DNA of 50,638 bases from an uncultured Gammaproteobacteria bacterium (GCA_964627525.1 CAZVIA010000007.1:1-50638); one strand, 5' to 3'; shown: positions 27,530 through 37,937, counted from the stretch's first letter. Notes: generated from the sequence alone by a model not told the origin. Made by a program: numbers and translations.

Positions 27530-28294
27530 TTATTGTAACGCAATTTCTAAAATTCTTTCTTGTCCAGAAAAATCTTTGTGTATTTTAAAATTTAGTTTTT
27601 TAAAGTTTTTATTTTTTGCGAAAAACTTTTGTGCGAGATTTTTTAATTCATTCATCTGATCGTCATGTGCTTCGCACAATAAAATTGTTGGATAATTTGG
27701 TTTGGTTGAATTTTGCAATTCAGAAATTTGTTGAAAAACTTTTTTATATAAATCTAAACCATCTGTGCCTCCACGTAAAGCCAATTCTGGCTCAAAACTT
27801 TTTACACCATCTTCAACTTGCTCCCAATGTTTATCAGATAAATAAGGGAGATTCAATAAATATAAATTTGCACTTTTGTTTTTTAAAAGAAATTTTTTAG
27901 CCCCATCCAATAAATCACTTTTTATAAAATTTATTTTATCAGCGACTTTATTTTGTTCGGCATTTTTTTTCGCTACTTCAAGTACCTCATCAGAAATATC
28001 AATTGCAATTATTTGGGTTTGGGCTTTTGCTTGAGAAATATTTTTTGCAACAGAAATCGCAATACAACCAGAGCCAGTACCAATGTCTATAACTTGGGTT
28101 GAGTTGAGTTGGTTTTTTTTGTGATTTGGGGCTGAATTTTTTTCTAAGATTTTTAAAGCAAGCTCAACTAATAATTCAGTTTCAGGTCTTGGAATTAAAA
28201 CATTTTTATTTACAAAAAAATTCAGCCCAAAAAATTCTTTTCGTTCCAAAATATAAGCCAATGGTTTATGCGTTTGTGCTTGAGCTTGTTTCAT
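27530..28294 (-). CDS. prmC: Release factor glutamine methyltransferase, N-terminally short
   Basis: [38 protein letters not shown]; follows prfA. Confidence 0.92.
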   Translation of the reverse strand: MKQAQAQTHKPLAYILERKEFFGLNFFVNKNVLIPRPETELLVELALKILEKNSAPNHKKNQLNSTQVIDIGTGSGCIAISVAKNISQAKAQTQIIAIDISDEVLEVAKKNAEQNKVADKINFIKSDLLDGAKKFLLKNKSANLYLLNLPYLSDKHWEQVEDGVKSFEPELALRGGTDGLDLYKKVFQQISELQNSTKPNYPTILLCEAHDDQMNELKNLAQKFFAKNKNFKKLNFKIHKDFSGQERILEIALQ

Positions 28295-29318
28295 AATCAG
28301 CTACGCGTAATTTTTCAATAATGTTTTTTAAGTCACCGTCTAAAATAGCATGAATATTATTCCAAGATTCTTTTATACGATGATCTGTGATGCGATCTTG
28401 AGGAAAATTATAAGTACGAATTTTCTCGCTTCTGTCTGCAGTTCCAATTTGTGTTTTACGTTGCTCATCTAATTCAGCTTTTTGTTTTGCATTTTCCAAT
28501 TCAAACAAACGCGCACGCATAATGTTCATTGCTTTAATTTTGTTTTGAGTTTGTGAACGTTCATCTTGGCAAGACACAACAGTGTTAGTAGGTAAGTGGG
28601 TAATTCGTACAGCAGAATAAGCAGTGTTTACAGATTGTCCACCAGCTCCTGAAGAACAAAAAGTATCAATCCGCAAATCACCAGAATTAATTTCAAATTC
28701 AGTTTCTTCAATTTCTGGCAAAACCGCTACTGAAGCAGTTGAAGTATGAATACGTCCAGATTTTTCAGTTTCAGGAATTCTTTGAACACGATGCACTCCC
28801 ATTTCATATTTCATGTTTTTATAAACATCTGCACCTTCAATAGAAAAAATAATTTCTTTAAAACCACCAATGCCAATTCTGCTTTCAGACAAAACAGAAG
28901 TTTTCCATCCACAAGATTCTGCATACTTCATATACATTCGCATTAAATCTCCCACAAATAAAGATGCTTCATCTCCACCAGCTCCAGCACGAATTTCAAT
29001 GATTGCATTTTTTGAATCCATTGGATCTTTTGATCTTAACAATTCTTGCAATTTTGTTTCAGCTTCAGCTTGTGCAATTTCCAAATCTTGCAATTCATTT
29101 TGTGCCAACTCTGCTAACTCAACATCTTCACTAGAAATATTTTCACGCGCATCCAAAATATTTTTTTTAATTTCCCCTAAAACATTTTCAGCACTAACAA
29201 TTTCGCGCAACTCATTATATTTTTGTCCAAGTGGTTTCATTTTTGCAGAATCAGAAATAATAGCAGGATCTTGCATCTGCTCTTCAATTTCTTGTAATTG
29301 TTTTTTGTGATCAGTCAT
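28266..29318 (-). CDS. prfA: Peptide chain release factor 1
   Basis: [42 protein letters not shown]. Confidence 0.97.
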   Translation of the reverse strand: MTDHKKQLQEIEEQMQDPAIISDSAKMKPLGQKYNELREIVSAENVLGEIKKNILDARENISSEDVELAELAQNELQDLEIAQAEAETKLQELLRSKDPMDSKNAIIEIRAGAGGDEASLFVGDLMRMYMKYAESCGWKTSVLSESRIGIGGFKEIIFSIEGADVYKNMKYEMGVHRVQRIPETEKSGRIHTSTASVAVLPEIEETEFEINSGDLRIDTFCSSGAGGQSVNTAYSAVRITHLPTNTVVSCQDERSQTQNKIKAMNIMRARLFELENAKQKAELDEQRKTQIGTADRSEKIRTYNFPQDRITDHRIKESWNNIHAILDGDLKNIIEKLRVADYETSSSTNA

Positions 29319-29375
29319 AAAATTATATATACAAAAAACACGCCCAAAAAAGGATTGCGGACGTGTCTTTTTAAT

Positions 29376-29660
29376 CTATTTATCTGAGTCTGCTTTTTTC
29401 TTTGCAGCTCTAGTAGCGCGTTTAACTTTTTTACCTTTACGCACAGCGCTAACAGTTTCCTTTTTAACCATTTTTTCTTTAAACTTCTCAACACGACGTG
29501 CAGAGTCTACAAATTTTTGTTTTCCAGTATAAAAAGGATGGCATTTACTACAAAGCTCAACACGAGTTTTTTCAACTGTAGAACCTATCTCAAAAGACTC
29601 ACCACATGCACAGGTGATTTTAGCTTTTGTATGATAAGTTGGGTGAATTGCTGTTTTCAT
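29376..29660 (-). CDS. rpmE: 50S ribosomal protein L31 (Zn-binding type)
   Basis: IHPTY...CACG...[12 protein letters not shown]. Confidence 0.96.
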   Translation of the reverse strand: MKTAIHPTYHTKAKITCACGESFEIGSTVEKTRVELCSKCHPFYTGKQKFVDSARRVEKFKEKMVKKETVSAVRKGKKVKRATRAAKKKADSDK

Positions 29661-29855
29661 ATGTGGCAATATAATAGCTAACTATTGAAAATATGTCAAG
29701 GAGTGTTTTTAAGCAACAGTTTGGTTTAAATAAAAATATAATCCAAAAATTATTGTAGCCACAACAATAACCACAGAAATAATTAAGGCGATTGGTGATT
29801 TTTTCATAAGTTTTTCCTAAAAAAATAATTAGATATGCTCTATTATAGTCATCTC

Positions 29856-29958
29856 TTGACTTAAAAAGCAAGATATATTAAACTACTGCCAGTTATTAAT
29901 CAAACACTTTTGAGTCAAAATATCCTGCCCAAAAGGGACAGTCTGCTCAAAAGGGTGT
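29856..29958 (+). promoter_or_regulatory. rpsB promoter and structured leader (possible S2 autoregulatory element)
   Basis: TTGACT-17-TAAACT; leader hairpin ACAC-TTTTGAG...CTCAAAA-G-GGTGT (29904-29958). Confidence 0.5.
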
Positions 29959-29969
29959 AATATAAGGAT

Positions 29970-30734
29970 ATGCCAAAAATACCTACATTATTAGAGATGC
30001 TTAAAGCCGGAGTGCATTTTGGGCATCAAGCAAATCGCTGGCATCCAAAGATGCAAGCTTTTATTTTTACCACAAGATCTGGGGTACATGTTCTTGATCT
30101 TGAAAAAACTCAGCGCAATTTGGCTGAGGCAGCTGAATTTGTAAAATCAGTTGCAACAAAAGGTGGAAAAGTTTTATTTTTAGGAACAAAAAAACAAGCG
30201 CAAGAGCCAATGAAGGAAGCCGCGGAAAAATGTGGAATGCCATATATAACTGAACGTTGGTTAGGTGGTTTTATCACAAACTTTGGTGAGGTGAGTAAGT
30301 TGTTGGATAAGTTTCGAGACATGAAGAAAAAACGCGAGTCTGGTGAATTAGAAAAATACACCAAAAAAGAACGCGTGATGTTTGATAAAGAAATTGAAAA
30401 GTTGGAGTCTTATTTAAGTGGTGTTGAGAAAATGGAAAAACGTCCTGAAGCAATTTTTGTGATGGACATTAGAAATGAAAAAACTGCGCGCGAGGAAGCT
30501 AAAAAAGTTGGCATGCCAATTATTGCTGTTTGCGATACAAATACAAATCCAGATAAAATAGATTATGTAGTTCCAGCAAATGATGATGCAATTGGTTCAA
30601 TAACTTTGGTTGCAAATGTAATTGCTGAAGCAGTTGAGGAAGGTTGCAAAGCTATGCCAGCACCTGCGCCAAAAGTTGAGCAAAAAACTGACAAACCAAA
30701 ACGTGCGGCTTTGAAGATTGGTGGTTCAGATTAA
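29970..30734 (+). CDS. rpsB: 30S ribosomal protein S2
   Basis: MLKAGVHFGH, RWLGGFITN, PANDDAI. Confidence 0.98.
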   Translation: MPKIPTLLEMLKAGVHFGHQANRWHPKMQAFIFTTRSGVHVLDLEKTQRNLAEAAEFVKSVATKGGKVLFLGTKKQAQEPMKEAAEKCGMPYITERWLGGFITNFGEVSKLLDKFRDMKKKRESGELEKYTKKERVMFDKEIEKLESYLSGVEKMEKRPEAIFVMDIRNEKTAREEAKKVGMPIIAVCDTNTNPDKIDYVVPANDDAIGSITLVANVIAEAVEEGCKAMPAPAPKVEQKTDKPKRAALKIGGSD

Positions 30735-30791
30735 TTTAGGCTCAGGCCAATTCAAATTCGGATTAATTTTAATTAAAGAGGGAATAAAAAT

Positions 30792-31442
30792 ATGGCAATT
30801 GATGTACAGACAATTTCAAAAATTCGCGAGCTCACAGGAGCTGGCATGATGGATGTTAAAAATGCTTTGGAAGAAACTGGTGGTGATGAAGAAAAAGCAA
30901 TTGATTTGTTGCGCAAAAAAGGTGCGGCAAAAGCAGTGAAGCGTGCTGGTAAAGTTGCGGCTGAAGGTGCTGTGGTGAGTTATATTCATGGCGCAGGTCG
31001 TGTTGGTGTTTTAGTTGAAGTGAACTGTGAAACAGATTTTGTTGGAAAAAGCGATTCATTTAAAGAGTTGATAAAAGATATTGCAATGCATATTGCAGCT
31101 AGCTCTCCTTTGTATGTCAGTCGTGAGGAAGTTCCTGTAGATGTTTTGGAAAAAGAAAAATCTGTTTATGTTGAGCAAATGCGCGAGCAAGGCAAGCCAG
31201 AAGATATGATTGAAAAAATTGTTGGCGGAAAGGTGGATAAGTTTTACGCAGAAATTTGTTTGCTTGAGCAAGATTTTATAAAAGATGAAGACAAAACTGT
31301 TCAGCAATTAATTGAAGAAAAAATTGGTGAGATTGGTGAGAAAATTACAGTGCGCCGTTTTGCTCGATATGAATTGGGTGAGGGGATTGAGAAAAAATCA
31401 GCTGATTTTGTTGCTGAAGTTCAGGAGCAGTTGGGGGAGTAA
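30792..31442 (+). CDS. tsf: Elongation factor Ts (short form)
   Basis: IRELTGAGMMDVK, EVNCETDFV, IAMHIAA, RRFARYELGE. Confidence 0.97.
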   Translation: MAIDVQTISKIRELTGAGMMDVKNALEETGGDEEKAIDLLRKKGAAKAVKRAGKVAAEGAVVSYIHGAGRVGVLVEVNCETDFVGKSDSFKELIKDIAMHIAASSPLYVSREEVPVDVLEKEKSVYVEQMREQGKPEDMIEKIVGGKVDKFYAEICLLEQDFIKDEDKTVQQLIEEKIGEIGEKITVRRFARYELGEGIEKKSADFVAEVQEQLGE

Positions 31443-31508
31443 GAGTTATTTGAGTTGTTGTAGATTATTTGCTACTATTGAGTTAGTAGAGGGGTAAAAT
31501 ATTATTGT

Positions 31509-31829
31509 ATGTTATTCAATAAAATTTTTCGTTATTTTTTTCCAGAAAATCATCCGTCTAAAGTGAAAAAAGATTACGGAATACCAGAAAAAATTAATTT
31601 TAATGTTACACGAAAACCTAGTGGTTGGTTTGTGATTACATCTCCAGACTTGCCTGGTTTAGTTTCTCAATGCAAAAATTTAGATGAATTAATAGTTGTT
31701 TATAATGATGCAATATTAACATATTTTGATGTGCCAAAAAAAGAATCAGATTATGTTTTCAATGGATTAGATTTGCATGGTGTTGGTCAGTTGAAATTGG
31801 AAAAAGGTAGAGAGGTTAGGTATGCGTAA
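31509..31829 (+). CDS. HicB-like antitoxin
   Basis: GWFVITSPDLPGLVSQCKNLDEL...DAI partial RNase H-fold pattern. Confidence 0.65.
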   Translation: MLFNKIFRYFFPENHPSKVKKDYGIPEKINFNVTRKPSGWFVITSPDLPGLVSQCKNLDELIVVYNDAILTYFDVPKKESDYVFNGLDLHGVGQLKLEKGREVRYA

Positions 31830-31834
31830 ATTGT

Positions 31835-32095
31835 ATGGGAAAGCTAGAGACGTTCAATAGAAAAAAATGTATTAGTGCACTTCTCAAACTTGAATTTACT
31901 AGAAAGAAAACACGTAGAGGTAGGCATGATAAATATGCGTCACCAGCAAAATATTTGGAGCAGAGAATTAAAAATCAACCGCCATTTATTATGGTACCTA
32001 GGAGCAGGGTGTTGCACTGTCAAAATGAAATTGTAAAAGAGTTGCGAAATTTAGGTGGGCAAGATTTGGTAAAAAAGTTTGAGGAAAATTTGTAA
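31835..32095 (+). CDS. HicA-like toxin
   Basis: 86 aa, basic; ISALLKLEF...RGRHDKY...IMVP dsRBD-like pattern. Confidence 0.6.
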   Translation: MGKLETFNRKKCISALLKLEFTRKKTRRGRHDKYASPAKYLEQRIKNQPPFIMVPRSRVLHCQNEIVKELRNLGGQDLVKKFEENL

Positions 32096-32105
32096 GGTTT
32101 TTTTG

Positions 32106-32549
32106 TTATAAGTTTTTGTATTCATTTTTGTTGTCTCCTGTGATATGGATTAAATAAAACTTTAAAATTTTTATTATCAACTTATTTTTTAAATTGATTA
32201 TTGGGTAAATATTTTTGTCTTTGGAGTAAACTAATTTTTTTTCCTCTAATTTTTCGTCAATAATACCAAGCCTCCATCGGGACGGAATGTTACGAGGGTT
32301 TACATAAAATCCATTTTCAGTATGTAAACCTTTTTTAGAGCGCCAACAGTCAATATAGCGGTCAGCCATGTGTGTTCCCCAGCCATTTCCTTTTGTATAT
32401 CTATTTTGTTTTAACAAAATTTTTGAGATTCTTAAAATTTTGATTGCGTTAGGAATAAACACAATAAGTATGACCAAAAGGATTTCCCACACCAAATTAC
32501 CAGAGATCCAATTAATGACACAGTCTAACTGTTTAATGCATTCTTTCAT
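32106..32549 (-). CDS. Hypothetical single-TM protein
   Basis: One hydrophobic helix LVWEILLVILIVFIP; AT-rich; ATG 32549. Confidence 0.55.
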   Translation of the reverse strand: MKECIKQLDCVINWISGNLVWEILLVILIVFIPNAIKILRISKILLKQNRYTKGNGWGTHMADRYIDCWRSKKGLHTENGFYVNPRNIPSRWRLGIIDEKLEEKKLVYSKDKNIYPIINLKNKLIIKILKFYLIHITGDNKNEYKNL

Positions 32550-32758
32550 AAGTTCTGATGAAATTACTAATATCACCACATAACTATTTTCACTTTATTT
32601 TTGTTTAAATTGTACACACATTTTATATATATTGCGAATTGACGATGTCGAATTTTTGCTAGAGCTGTTTATCTGGAATTTTTTTAATTATGTTATCAGT
32701 ACTCTTTTTTCTCAGGATTTCATGGTACAATACCCACAGAAATTAGTTTAAAAATTTT

Positions 32759-33763
32759 ATGGCAAAAAAAGTTCGTTTAGCAATCAATGGTTTTGGTCGG
32801 ATCGGCCGAACTGCTTTTAAAATTGCTCTTGAGAAAAAAAATATTGAGATCATTGCAATTAATGATTTAACAGACAATGCAACTTTGGCACATTTGCTAA
32901 AATACGACACAATTTATAGTACGTATAATAAGGAAGTAGAAGCAGGTGATGATTTTATAAAAGTTGCTGGTCAAAAAATCAAGGCGTTTTCAGAAAAAGA
33001 TCCAAAAGAATTGCCTTGGGATGATTTGAAAATAGATGTAGTGATTGAAGCTACTGGGGCTTTCCGCACAGAGGAAGGTGCGTCACAACATTTTGATGCT
33101 GGTGCAAAAAAAGTTATTATTTCTGCTCCGGGAAAATCTGGTAATATTCCAACTTTTGTAAAAGGTGTAAATGAAAAAGATTTGAGTGCAAAAGATAAAT
33201 TGATCAACAATGCGTCTTGCACAACAAATTGCATTGCTCCTGTGATGGCGATTTTAGAATCCCGTTTAGGAATTAAAAAAGCTGTGATGACAACAATTCA
33301 TGGTTATACTTCAGACCAAAGATTGCAAGATGCTCCGCACAAAGATTTGCGTAGAGCTCGTGCTGCGGCAATGAATATTATTCCAACAACAACTGGTGCG
33401 GCAATTGCAACAACAGAAGTTATTCCTTCTTTGAAAAATAAATTTGATGGTATGGCAGTGCGCGTTCCAGTTGCAACAGGTTCTTTGTCTGACTTTACAA
33501 TTGTTGCTAAGAAAAAAACTACAGTTGCGCAGGTCAATAAGTTTTTTAAAGAAGCTGTAAAAAATCCACTATATAAAGGAGTGTTAAAAGTTACAGAAGA
33601 TCCAATTGTTTCGTCAGATGTGATTGGTGATTCACATAGTTCAATTGTGGATTTGGGGATGACAAAAGTTGTGGGAGGGGATTTGGTGAAAGTTTTGGCT
33701 TGGTATGATAATGAATATGGGTATTCGCACAGGTTGGTGGAAATGGTTGAGGAAATGAGATAG
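32759..33763 (+). CDS. gap: Glyceraldehyde-3-phosphate dehydrogenase
   Basis: INGFGRIGR, NASCTTNC, WYDNEYGYS. Confidence 0.98.
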   Translation: MAKKVRLAINGFGRIGRTAFKIALEKKNIEIIAINDLTDNATLAHLLKYDTIYSTYNKEVEAGDDFIKVAGQKIKAFSEKDPKELPWDDLKIDVVIEATGAFRTEEGASQHFDAGAKKVIISAPGKSGNIPTFVKGVNEKDLSAKDKLINNASCTTNCIAPVMAILESRLGIKKAVMTTIHGYTSDQRLQDAPHKDLRRARAAAMNIIPTTTGAAIATTEVIPSLKNKFDGMAVRVPVATGSLSDFTIVAKKKTTVAQVNKFFKEAVKNPLYKGVLKVTEDPIVSSDVIGDSHSSIVDLGMTKVVGGDLVKVLAWYDNEYGYSHRLVEMVEEMR

Positions 33764-33805
33764 TCTGGGGGTTGTGAGTTGAGTGGGGTGGTTTTTCAAA
33801 AAATA

Positions 33806-33833
33806 AAAGGAGGTGTTTGCGCGCCTTCTTTTA
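33806..33833 (+). terminator. Hairpin terminator after gap
   Basis: AAAAGGAGGTG-TTTGCG-CGCCTTCTTTT. Confidence 0.5.
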
Positions 33834-33884
33834 ATTTTAAAAAAATTTGCATACATATTTAATCCAGTGGTAAACTCATTGCAT

Positions 33885-34715
33885 ATGGCACAGTTTGATC
33901 AACAATACAAAAACGCAATTCTTCGCATAATGAATGAGGGGATTGATGAATATAATGAACGTACAGGGCATACTACTAAAGTTATTCCTGGGCTGACTTT
34001 TGAAGTGGATACAGGTTTTCCTTTGCTGACTTTGAGAAAAATTCCAGTGCGTTTGTTTGTGGCTGAACAGATTTGGTTTTTAATGGGGTCGCAAAGGCCA
34101 TGTGAATTTTTGCGGGACTACACAAAAATTTGGGATGATTTTACAGAAGCAGATGGGACTGTTCAGGCAGCTTATGGTTATCGTTGGCGAAATCATTTTG
34201 GTCGTGATCAACTTGAGGATTTAGTTAATTTGTTAAAAACACAACCTGGATCGCGACATGCTGTGGTTGTAACTTGGGATCCTTCAGATGATGGTTTGGG
34301 TACAGGTACTCGTAAAAAAAATGTGCCATGTCCATACACTTTTACAATAAATATTATTGGAAACAAATTACACATGCATAATATTATTCGTTCTAATGAT
34401 ATGATGTTGGGTTGTCCGCATGATGTCGCAGGTTTTGCTTTGCTCATGTATATTTTGGCGGCAAAAATTGGTGTGAAGCCTGGGAAGTATACACACAGTA
34501 TTAGCAATGCGCATATTTATGACATACATTATAAACATGCTTGGGAATTAGTTGAGCGCGAAGATACACACCCATCAATTTATTTTGAAGCACAGGAAAA
34601 TTATTATGATCGTGCGCGCTTGGGTGATAAGTTTTTAGTAAAAGAAATTGTAAGTAAATTAAATTCACAATACAATCCACAAAAATCTATTAAGGGAATG
34701 GATATTGTTTTATAA
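33885..34715 (+). CDS. thyA: Thymidylate synthase
   Basis: IWDDF, AAYGYRWR, SRHAVVVTWDP, VPCPY (catalytic Cys), RSNDMMLG, HIYDIH; ATG 33885 preferred. Confidence 0.93.
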   Translation: MAQFDQQYKNAILRIMNEGIDEYNERTGHTTKVIPGLTFEVDTGFPLLTLRKIPVRLFVAEQIWFLMGSQRPCEFLRDYTKIWDDFTEADGTVQAAYGYRWRNHFGRDQLEDLVNLLKTQPGSRHAVVVTWDPSDDGLGTGTRKKNVPCPYTFTINIIGNKLHMHNIIRSNDMMLGCPHDVAGFALLMYILAAKIGVKPGKYTHSISNAHIYDIHYKHAWELVEREDTHPSIYFEAQENYYDRARLGDKFLVKEIVSKLNSQYNPQKSIKGMDIVL

Positions 34716-34718
34716 ATT

Positions 34719-35228
34719 ATGAAAACGATTTTAGTAATGGCAATCACAGCTGATGGAATGATTGGAAAGCATTCAGATCATTTGGCAGATTGGACAAGTA
34801 AAGCAGATAAAAAACATTTTGTGCAATTCACAAAAGAGGTTGGTGTTTTGATAATGGGAAAAACAACTTATGACACAATTGGTCGTCCGCTGCCTGGTCG
34901 GTTAAATGTAATTATGGATTTGCATCCAGATGTTTCTCAAAATATTGAAGGTGAACTGGAGTTTACAAATACACAACCTGCGGAATTATTGGGGCAGATT
35001 GAGGTGCGCGGTTTTGATCGTTGTATAATTGCTGGTGGTGCAACTATAAATGGCTTGTTTTTAAAAGCTGGTTTGGTTGATGAAATAAAAATTACTGTTG
35101 AACCAAAATTATTTGGTGAAGGTTTGTCATTATTTCGTGGTGCAGATGTTGATTTGGATTTGAAGTTGTTGAGTTGTGAAAAAATTAGTGAAAATTCTGT
35201 GCAGTTACACTATCGGCTGGTTAAATAA
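34719..35228 (+). CDS. folA: Dihydrofolate reductase
   Basis: MAITADGMIG, DKKHF, IMGKTTY, RPLPGRLN, IAGG; follows thyA. Confidence 0.88.
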   Translation: MKTILVMAITADGMIGKHSDHLADWTSKADKKHFVQFTKEVGVLIMGKTTYDTIGRPLPGRLNVIMDLHPDVSQNIEGELEFTNTQPAELLGQIEVRGFDRCIIAGGATINGLFLKAGLVDEIKITVEPKLFGEGLSLFRGADVDLDLKLLSCEKISENSVQLHYRLVK

Positions 35229-35251
35229 AAATAAATTTTAATATAAAAATT

Positions 35252-35905
35252 ATGATTTTAAATAAAAACGAACTACTCTCATATATAAAGGAAGGAAAAA
35301 TTAGTTTTACGCCAGAGTTGGATGGTTTTCAAATTCAGCCGAACTCACTTGATTTGCGTTTAGGTTGGAGTTTTTATGTTCCAAAAACAACTGAAATGTC
35401 TGAATCTGGTCGAGTTGGTGTTGCTGCAGATTATTTAGAATATGAGCAACCAAAAGAATATTACAAAATGGTAAAGTTGTCTCCGCGCCAGTGTTTTGAA
35501 ATTCAGCCAAAAGAATTTGTGATTGTTTCTACTTTAGAAAAAGTTTCTTTAGAAGATGGGACAGTGGCTGCAACTTTGTATCCAAGAAGTTCTGTAATGC
35601 GACGGGGTTTAATTATTGAAGGTGGTGTAGTGGATGCTCATTTTTCTGGACACTTAACAATTCCAGTTTTTAATAGTACGTCACATGCAATTAAATTATT
35701 TCCTGGAGAACGTTTGTGTCAATTAGTTTTTCATAAATTGTGTAGTGCATTAACAAAAGAAGATTCTGCAAAACATGGTTTAGATGGATCAAAATATATG
35801 GGAGCAACTCCTTATGGTCTTGAAGCTAAGTCGGATAACAAACAAGAAATTGATTTAATTAAGTCAGGTGCTTTGGATCAATTAAAAACAAATTTTCCTT
35901 TATAA
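35252..35905 (+). CDS. dcd: dCTP deaminase
   Basis: QPNSLDLRLG, PRSSVMRRG, VDAHFSGHLT, GERLCQL. Confidence 0.88.
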   Translation: MILNKNELLSYIKEGKISFTPELDGFQIQPNSLDLRLGWSFYVPKTTEMSESGRVGVAADYLEYEQPKEYYKMVKLSPRQCFEIQPKEFVIVSTLEKVSLEDGTVAATLYPRSSVMRRGLIIEGGVVDAHFSGHLTIPVFNSTSHAIKLFPGERLCQLVFHKLCSALTKEDSAKHGLDGSKYMGATPYGLEAKSDNKQEIDLIKSGALDQLKTNFPL

Positions 35906-35916
35906 AAAAACAAAAT

Positions 35917-36828
35917 ATGAAAACAATGCCTTATCTTCCAGAAGGAAGGAGTGTGTCTTATGTAGATGTAAATCATCCGCACATGGCTGCTGCAAAAAAA
36001 ATGTCTTTGCAATCAAATGGTTGTCGTTGGAAAAATGGTTCAGTGATTGTGCTGAATAATAATGTAATAGCACAAGGAGCAAATTGTATTGAAGTAGCGA
36101 ATCGTCCGATGTATTGTGCGCGTGAAGTTTTAGAATGTAAAAGTGGTGAAGGTTATGATCACTGCCCAACTTGTGTTGGTTCTCATGCTGAAAGATCTGC
36201 TTTGCAAAACGCGCAAGAGTGTGGAGTGGTTGTTGCTGGGGCGGATTTATATTTGTATGGACATTGGTGGTGTTGCAAACCTTGTTGGGATGAAATGATT
36301 CAAGCTGGGATTAAAGATGTTTATTTATTAAGTGAAGCTCAAGAACATTTTGAAGTAATGGATTGGGTAAAACCAACTTGGTCACAAGATTTAAAAACAT
36401 ATATTTCTTGTCCTTTAACTCATTCACCAGAAGAAACTCGACAAGTTTATAAAAAAATTCAATTGGCTTTGGATTTGGCGAATTTAAATTGTCATGCGCC
36501 GCACACTTGGGCTGATCCAATTATTAAAGGTGTGGTTGATGTGACTGCAGAACAAGTTTATAAAAATGATTACAATCATGTGGTTACAGCTCAGTTGGTA
36601 ATTGCAGTTTTAAATGAACCATCTCTTGGTGTTGGTATTGAATTACAAATTGCACAGCAGTACGGTATTCCAATAATTGGAGTTGTGCATGAAGATGTTA
36701 CAGTTTCAAGAATGGCTTTGGGTATTCCACAGATGTTGCGTATAATAAAGTACAAAGATTTACCAGACATGTTAAAACAATTAAATAATGTGTTGCATGA
36801 AGTTGTTGTGCCGCGCTATGGGATTTAA
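35917..36828 (+). CDS. Fusion: cytidine/dCMP-deaminase-like domain + nucleoside 2-deoxyribosyltransferase/DNPH1-like domain
   Basis: HAE...WCCKPC zinc-deaminase motifs; C-terminal KTYISCPLT...D...PSLGVGIELQIA. Confidence 0.8.
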   Translation: MKTMPYLPEGRSVSYVDVNHPHMAAAKKMSLQSNGCRWKNGSVIVLNNNVIAQGANCIEVANRPMYCAREVLECKSGEGYDHCPTCVGSHAERSALQNAQECGVVVAGADLYLYGHWWCCKPCWDEMIQAGIKDVYLLSEAQEHFEVMDWVKPTWSQDLKTYISCPLTHSPEETRQVYKKIQLALDLANLNCHAPHTWADPIIKGVVDVTAEQVYKNDYNHVVTAQLVIAVLNEPSLGVGIELQIAQQYGIPIIGVVHEDVTVSRMALGIPQMLRIIKYKDLPDMLKQLNNVLHEVVVPRYGI

Positions 36829-36846
36829 TTGTAATAAAATTTAATT

Positions 36847-37383
36847 ATGAAAAAAATTCTTGGATTTGTTGGGAGTATTGCATCTGGCAAAGGAACAGCT
36901 TGTAAATATTTGCAAGAAAAACACGGGGCTGATTCAGTTCGCTATTCAACTATGTTGCGAGATATGGTCGGGCGTTTGTATTTGCCAGAAACAAGAGATG
37001 TTTTAATAAAAATGTCTGAAACTGTGCGCGGAACTTTTGGAGATGACATAATGGCAAAAGTTGTAAAGCAAGAAGCTGAAAGTTCTGATGCTGAAATTGT
37101 GTGTATTGATGGAATTCGTCGGCCAAAAGATATTGAGATTTTTAGAGAAGTGGAAGGTTTTGTTTTGGTTCATATTAAGGCAGATATTGAAAAACGTTTT
37201 GAACGATTAGTTGGGCGAGATGAAAATCAGGATGATACTTCAAAAACTTTTGAGCAATTTAAAAAAGAACATGAGCGCAGTACAGAAAAAACAATAGCAA
37301 GCGTGGCTGAAGAAGCAGATGTTGTGATTGATAATAATGGTTCATTTGAGGATTTGTATAAAGAGTTAGATAGGTTGGTTTAA
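36847..37383 (+). CDS. P-loop nucleotide monophosphate kinase-like protein
   Basis: GSIASGKGT Walker A, IDGIRR, RFERLVGR, IDNNGS. Confidence 0.8.
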   Translation: MKKILGFVGSIASGKGTACKYLQEKHGADSVRYSTMLRDMVGRLYLPETRDVLIKMSETVRGTFGDDIMAKVVKQEAESSDAEIVCIDGIRRPKDIEIFREVEGFVLVHIKADIEKRFERLVGRDENQDDTSKTFEQFKKEHERSTEKTIASVAEEADVVIDNNGSFEDLYKELDRLV

Positions 37384-37412
37384 TATTGTTTATATTTCTT
37401 TAAAATCTTTTT

Positions 37413-37450
37413 AAAAGCCCTCACCAGCTTCGCTGGTTCGGGCTTTTTTA
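37413..37450 (+). terminator. Terminator of the thymidylate operon
   Basis: AAAAGCCC-TC-ACCAGC-TTC-GCTGGT-TC-GGGCTTTTTT. Confidence 0.7.
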
Positions 37451-37523
37451 AATCCTAATTAAATTCAAAACCCCAAAAGTTGTTAACTTTTGGGGTTGAG
37501 TTCGTGCCAAAGTCAATCAAAGA

Positions 37524-37937
37524 TTAGAATCCAGGCCCTTTGTGACCTCGGTCTCTACGTACTCTACAAAGATCAGTCAAGATTTCTGAACCAAGTCTGC
37601 TCTCAAGTGTGTAGTGTATCTTAAAAACATGTCTTTGTGCCAGCAAAACATATGTAAAGATTTCCCAATACTCAAACTGATTATCAGTTGGGTATTTTTC
37701 CAAAAATGCAATAAAAGTATCAAGCCTAGCTACAAGAGCTTTGATCTTAGTAATGCTTTGTCGCGCATCTGATGGTTGCACATCAGAAAGTGGACAGTGA
37801 CGAATATTGTCACTCAACTCTTTGGTTCTTGCTACAGAAGCATCAAGAAAATCCCATTGTCCGTTTTGTCTTACTTGTGTTTTGACATGGTTTTCCAACT
37901 CAATACAGAGCTCAACAATTTTATCTGCTGTTGTCAT
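37524..37937 (-). CDS. Hypothetical helical protein (ORFan)
   Basis: ATG 37937 with SD GGGAGG; downstream hairpin AACCCCAAAAGTT/AACTTTTGGGGTT. Confidence 0.65.
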   Translation of the reverse strand: MTTADKIVELCIELENHVKTQVRQNGQWDFLDASVARTKELSDNIRHCPLSDVQPSDARQSITKIKALVARLDTFIAFLEKYPTDNQFEYWEIFTYVLLAQRHVFKIHYTLESRLGSEILTDLCRVRRDRGHKGPGF

